Source: Eledone cirrhosa
Taxonomy: Eukaryota
Direction: 5' to 3'
Assembly: GCA_964016885.1 (NCBI GenBank)
Contig: OZ024740.1
Coordinates: forward strand, 415,648,001 to 415,712,000
DNA length: 64,000 bases
Positions 60,140 through 64,000 of the stretch are shown here, piece by piece. Made by a program: the position numbers and the translations under genes. Position 1 is the first letter of the stretch. Each line of letters begins with the position of its first letter. The notes beneath the pieces were generated by a model that worked only from the letters and a program-made list of their open reading frames with translations, did not search any database and was not told the origin of the DNA.

Positions 60140-62130
60140 ATATAGTGTGTAAGAGAGAACACTGTGGGGATGGACATATGTTGTGTATGGGGGATGACAG
60201 TGAATCAGATATAGTGTGTAAGAGAGAACACTGTGGGTATGGACATATGTTGTGTATGGGGGAAGACAGTGAATCAGATATAGAGTGTAAGAGAGAACAC
60301 TGTGGGTATGGACATATGTTGTGTATGGGGGAAGACAGTGAATCAGATATAGAGTGTAAGAGAGAACACTGTGGGTATGGACATATGTTGTGTATGGGGC
60401 ATGACAGTGAATCAGATATAGTGTGTAAGAGAGAACACTGTGGGTATGGACATATGTTGTGTATGGGGGATGACAGTGAATCAGATACAGTGTGAAAGAG
60501 AGAACACTGTGGGTATGGACATATGTTGTGTATGGTGGATGACAGTGAATCAGATATAGTGTGTACGAGAGAACACTGTGGGTATGGACATATGTTGTGT
60601 ATGGGGGAAGACAGTGAATCAGATATAGAGTGTAAGAGAGAACACTGTGGGTATGGACATATGTTGTGTATGGGCGATGACAGTGAATCAGATATAGTGT
60701 GTAAGAGAGAACACTGTGGGTATGGACATATGTTGTGTATGGGGGATGACAGTGAATCAGATATAGTGTGTAAGAGAGAACACTGTGCGTATGGACATAT
60801 GTTGTGCATGATGGATGACAGTGAATCAGATATAGTGTGTAAGAGAGAACACTGTGGGTATGGACATATGTTGTGTATGGGGGAAGACAGTGAATCAGAT
60901 ATAGAGTGTAAGAGAGAACACTGTGGGTATGGACATATGTTGTGTATGGGGGATGACAGTGAATCAGATATAGTGTGTAAGAGAGAACACTGTGGGTATG
61001 GACATATGTTGTGTATGGTGGTTGACAGTGAATGAGATATAGTGTGTAAGAGAGAACACTGTGGGTATGGATATATGTTGTGTATGGGGGATGACAGTGA
61101 ATGAAATATAGTGTGTAAGAGAGAACACTCTGGGTATGGACATATGTTGTGTATGGGGGATGACAGTGAATCAGATATATTGTGTAAGAGAGAACACTGT
61201 GGGTATGGACATATGTTGTGTATGGGGATGACAGTGAATAAGATATAGTGTGTAAGAGAGAACACTGTGGGGATGGACATATGTTGTGTATGGGGGATGA
61301 CAGTGAATCAGATATAGTGTGTAAGAGAGAACACTGTGGGTATGGACATATGTTGTGTATGGGGGAAGACAGTGAATCAGATATAGAGTGTAAGAGAGAA
61401 CACTGTGGGTATGGACATATGTTGTGTATGGGGGAAGACAGTGAATCAGATATAGAGTGTAAGAGAGAACACTGTGGGTATGGACATATGTTGTGTATGG
61501 GGCATGACAGTGAATCAGATATAGTGTGTAAGAGAGAACACTGTGGGTATGGACATATGTTGTGTATGGGGGATGACAGTGAATCAGATACAGTGTGAAA
61601 GAGAGAACACTGTGGGTATGGACATATGTTGTGTATGGTGGATGACAGTGAATCAGATATAGTGTGTACGAGAGAACACTGTGGGTATGGACATATGTTG
61701 TGTATGGGGGAAGACAGTGAATGAGATATAGAGTGTAAGAGAGAACACTGTGGGTATGGACATATGTTGTGTATGGGCGATGACAGTGAATCAGATATAG
61801 TGTGTAAGAGAGAACACTGTGGGTATGGACATATGTTGTGTATGGGGGATGACAGTGAATCAGATATAGTGTGTAAGAGAGAACACTGTGCGTATGGACA
61901 TATGTTGTGCATGATGGATGACAGTGAATCAGATATAGTGTGTAAGAGAGAACACTGTGGGTATGGACATATGTTGTGTATGGGGGAAGACAGTGAATCA
62001 GATATAGAGTGTAAGAGAGAACACTGTGGGTATGGACATATGTTGTGTATGGGGGATGACAGTGAATCAGATATAGTGTGTAAGAGAGAACACTGTGGGT
62101 ATGGACATATGTTGTGTATGGGGGAAGACA
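60140..62130. repeat. 16-monomer (1103-bp) tandem duplication
   Basis: ORFs 60145/61248 are identical (offset 16x69-1). Both copies carry CAGTGTGAAAG, GGGCGATG and TGCATGATGGAT. Confidence 0.88.
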
Positions 62131-64000
62131 GTGAATCAGATATAGTGTGTAAGAGAGAACACTGTGGGTATGGACATATGTTGTGTATGGTGGAAGACAG
62201 TGAATCAGATATATAGTGTAAGAGAGAACACTGTGGGTATGGACATATGTTGTGTATGGGGGATGACAGTGAATCAGATATAGAGTGTAAGAGAGAACAC
62301 TGTGGGTATGGACATATGTTGTGTATGGGGGATGACAGTGAATCAGATATAGTGTGTAAGAGAGAACACTGAGTGTATGGACATATGTTGTGTATGGGGG
62401 ATGACAGTGAATCAGATATAGTGTGTAAGAGAGAACACTGAGGGTATGGACATATGTTGTGTATGGGGGATGAGAGTGAATCAGATATAGAGTGTAAGAG
62501 AGAACACTGTGGGTATGGACATATGTTGTGTATGGGGGATGACAGTGAATCAGATATAGTGTGTAAGAGAGAACACTGTGGGTATGGACATATGTTGTGC
62601 ATGGTGGATGACAGTGAATCAGATATAGTGTGTAAGAGAGAACACTGTGGGTATGGACATATGTTGTGTATGTGGGAAGACAGTGAATCAGATATAGAGT
62701 GTAAGAGAGAACACTGTGGGTATGGAGATATGTTGTGTATGGGGGAAGAGAGTGAATCAGATATAGAGTGTAAGAGAGAACACTGTGGGTATGGACATAT
62801 GTTGTGAATGGGGGATGACAGTGAATCAGATATAGTGTGTAAGAGAGAACACTGTGGGTATGGACATATGTTGTGTATGGGGGATGACAGTGAATCAGAT
62901 ATAGTGTGTAAGAGAGAACACTGTGGGTATGGACATATGTTGTGTATGGGGGATGACAGTGAATCAAATATAGTGTGTAAGAGAGAACACTGTGGGTATG
63001 GACATATGTTGTGTATGGGGGATGACAGTGAATCAGATATAGTGTGTAAGAGAGAACACTGTGGGTATGGACATATGTTGTGTATGGGGGATGACAGTGA
63101 ATCAAATATAGTGTGTAAGAGAGAACACTGTGGGTATGGACATATGTTGTGTATGGGGGATGACAGTGAATCAGATATAGTGTGTAAGAGAGAACACTGT
63201 GGGTATGGACATATGTTGTGTATGGTGGTTGACAGTGAATCAGATATAGTGTGTAAGAGAGAACACTGTGGGTATAGACATATGTTGTGTATGGTGGATG
63301 ACAGTGACTCAGATATAGTGTGTAAGAGAGAACACTGTGGGTATGGACATATGTTGTGTATGGGGGAAGACAGTGAATCAGATATAGAGTGTAAGAGAGA
63401 ACACTGTGGGTATGGACATATGTTGTGTATGGGGGATGACAGTGAATCAGATACAGTGTGAAAGAGAGAACACTGTGGGTATGGACATATGTTGTGTATG
63501 GGCGATGACAGTGAATCAGATATAGTGTGTAAGAGAGAACACTGTGGGTATGGACATATGTTGTGTATGGGGGATGAGAGTGAATCAGATATAGTGTGTA
63601 AGAGAGAACACTGTGCTTATGGACATATGTTGTGTATGGGGGATGACAGTGAATCAGATATAGTGTGTAAGAGAGAACACTGTGGGTATGGACATATGTT
63701 GTGTATGGGGGAAGACAGTGAATCAGATATAGTGTGTAAGAGAGAACACTGTGGGTATGGACATATGTTGTGTATGGTGGAAGACAGTGAATCAGATATA
63801 TAGTGTAAGAGAGAACACTGTGGGTATGGACATATGTTGTGTATGGGGGATGACAGTGAATCAGATATAGAGTGTAAGAGAGAACACTGTGGGTATGGAC
63901 ATATGTTGTGTATGGGGGATGACAGTGAATCAGATATAGTGTGTAAGAGAGAACACTGAGGGTATGGACATATGTTGTGTATGGGGGATGACAGTGAATC

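Larger units (their letters stand above)
1..64000. repeat. 69-bp tandem satellite array (~930 monomers, single orientation, extends past both window ends)
   Basis: The unit CAGATATAGTGTGTAAGAGAGAACACTGTGGGTATGGACATATGTTGTGTATGGGGGATGACAGTGAAT recurs every 69 bp from base 1 to 64000. Most copies differ from consensus by 0-3 substitutions. Every translated ORF has a 23-aa period. Confidence 0.99.

Noticed and set aside
552-63105. Minus-strand ORFs (CPYPQCSLLHTISDSLSSPIHNI and HTHSVLSYTLYLIHCHPPYTTYV repeats, up to 1553 aa)
   Set aside because: Two minus frames and one plus frame are open over the same DNA, and ORFs swap between peptide types at indels. This is the expected signature of a translated satellite.
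9-63803. All + strand ORFs (CKREHCGYGHMLCMGDDSESDIV repeats) as genes, e.g. zinc-finger or metal-binding proteins
   Set aside because: They result from a 69-bp unit with a stop-free frame. Stops (GAATAA, AGTTAA, CACTGA) and frameshifts are copied along with duplications. There are no unique domains, and the period is not the 84 bp of C2H2/PRDM9 arrays.
1-64000. CRISPR array (69-bp period is similar to repeat plus spacer length)
   Set aside because: The whole unit is conserved, with no unique spacers, leader or cas genes.
1-64000. Variant pattern as an encoded or programmed cassette system (antigenic variation, DGR-like or VLR-like donors)
   Set aside because: Variants are sparse, include stops, and are explained by descent through block duplication. 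No expression site, recombinase, reverse transcriptase or conserved protein framework is present in the window.

Overview
The whole 64 kb is one uninterrupted head-to-tail tandem array of a 69-bp monomer, about 930 copies by length, with both window ends inside the array. The consensus is CAGATATAGTGTGTAAGAGAGAACACTGTGGGTATGGACATATGTTGTGTATGGGGGATGACAGTGAAT (A21 C5 G24 T19, about 42% GC, no CpG, strongly G-skewed on +). I saw no unique sequence, transposon, RNA gene, CRISPR spacer or inversion. All ORFs in the track are best read as artefacts: 69 is divisible by 3 and three of the six frames are open in the consensus, while stops and frameshifts are copied along the array. The structure of interest is evolutionary. 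It includes nested duplications of 6 to about 69 monomers with no single fixed higher-order period, a multi-monomer variant cassette seen 16 times, microhomology-bounded 17-bp deletions, a monomer that looks like a diverged dimer of a ~35-bp unit, and a change of variant set in the last ~4 kb. It is most consistent with a eukaryotic satellite or very large minisatellite from a long-read assembly. I do not recognise the family or organism, and I cannot support a novel protein-coding system here. Block boundaries were placed by eye and are approximate.
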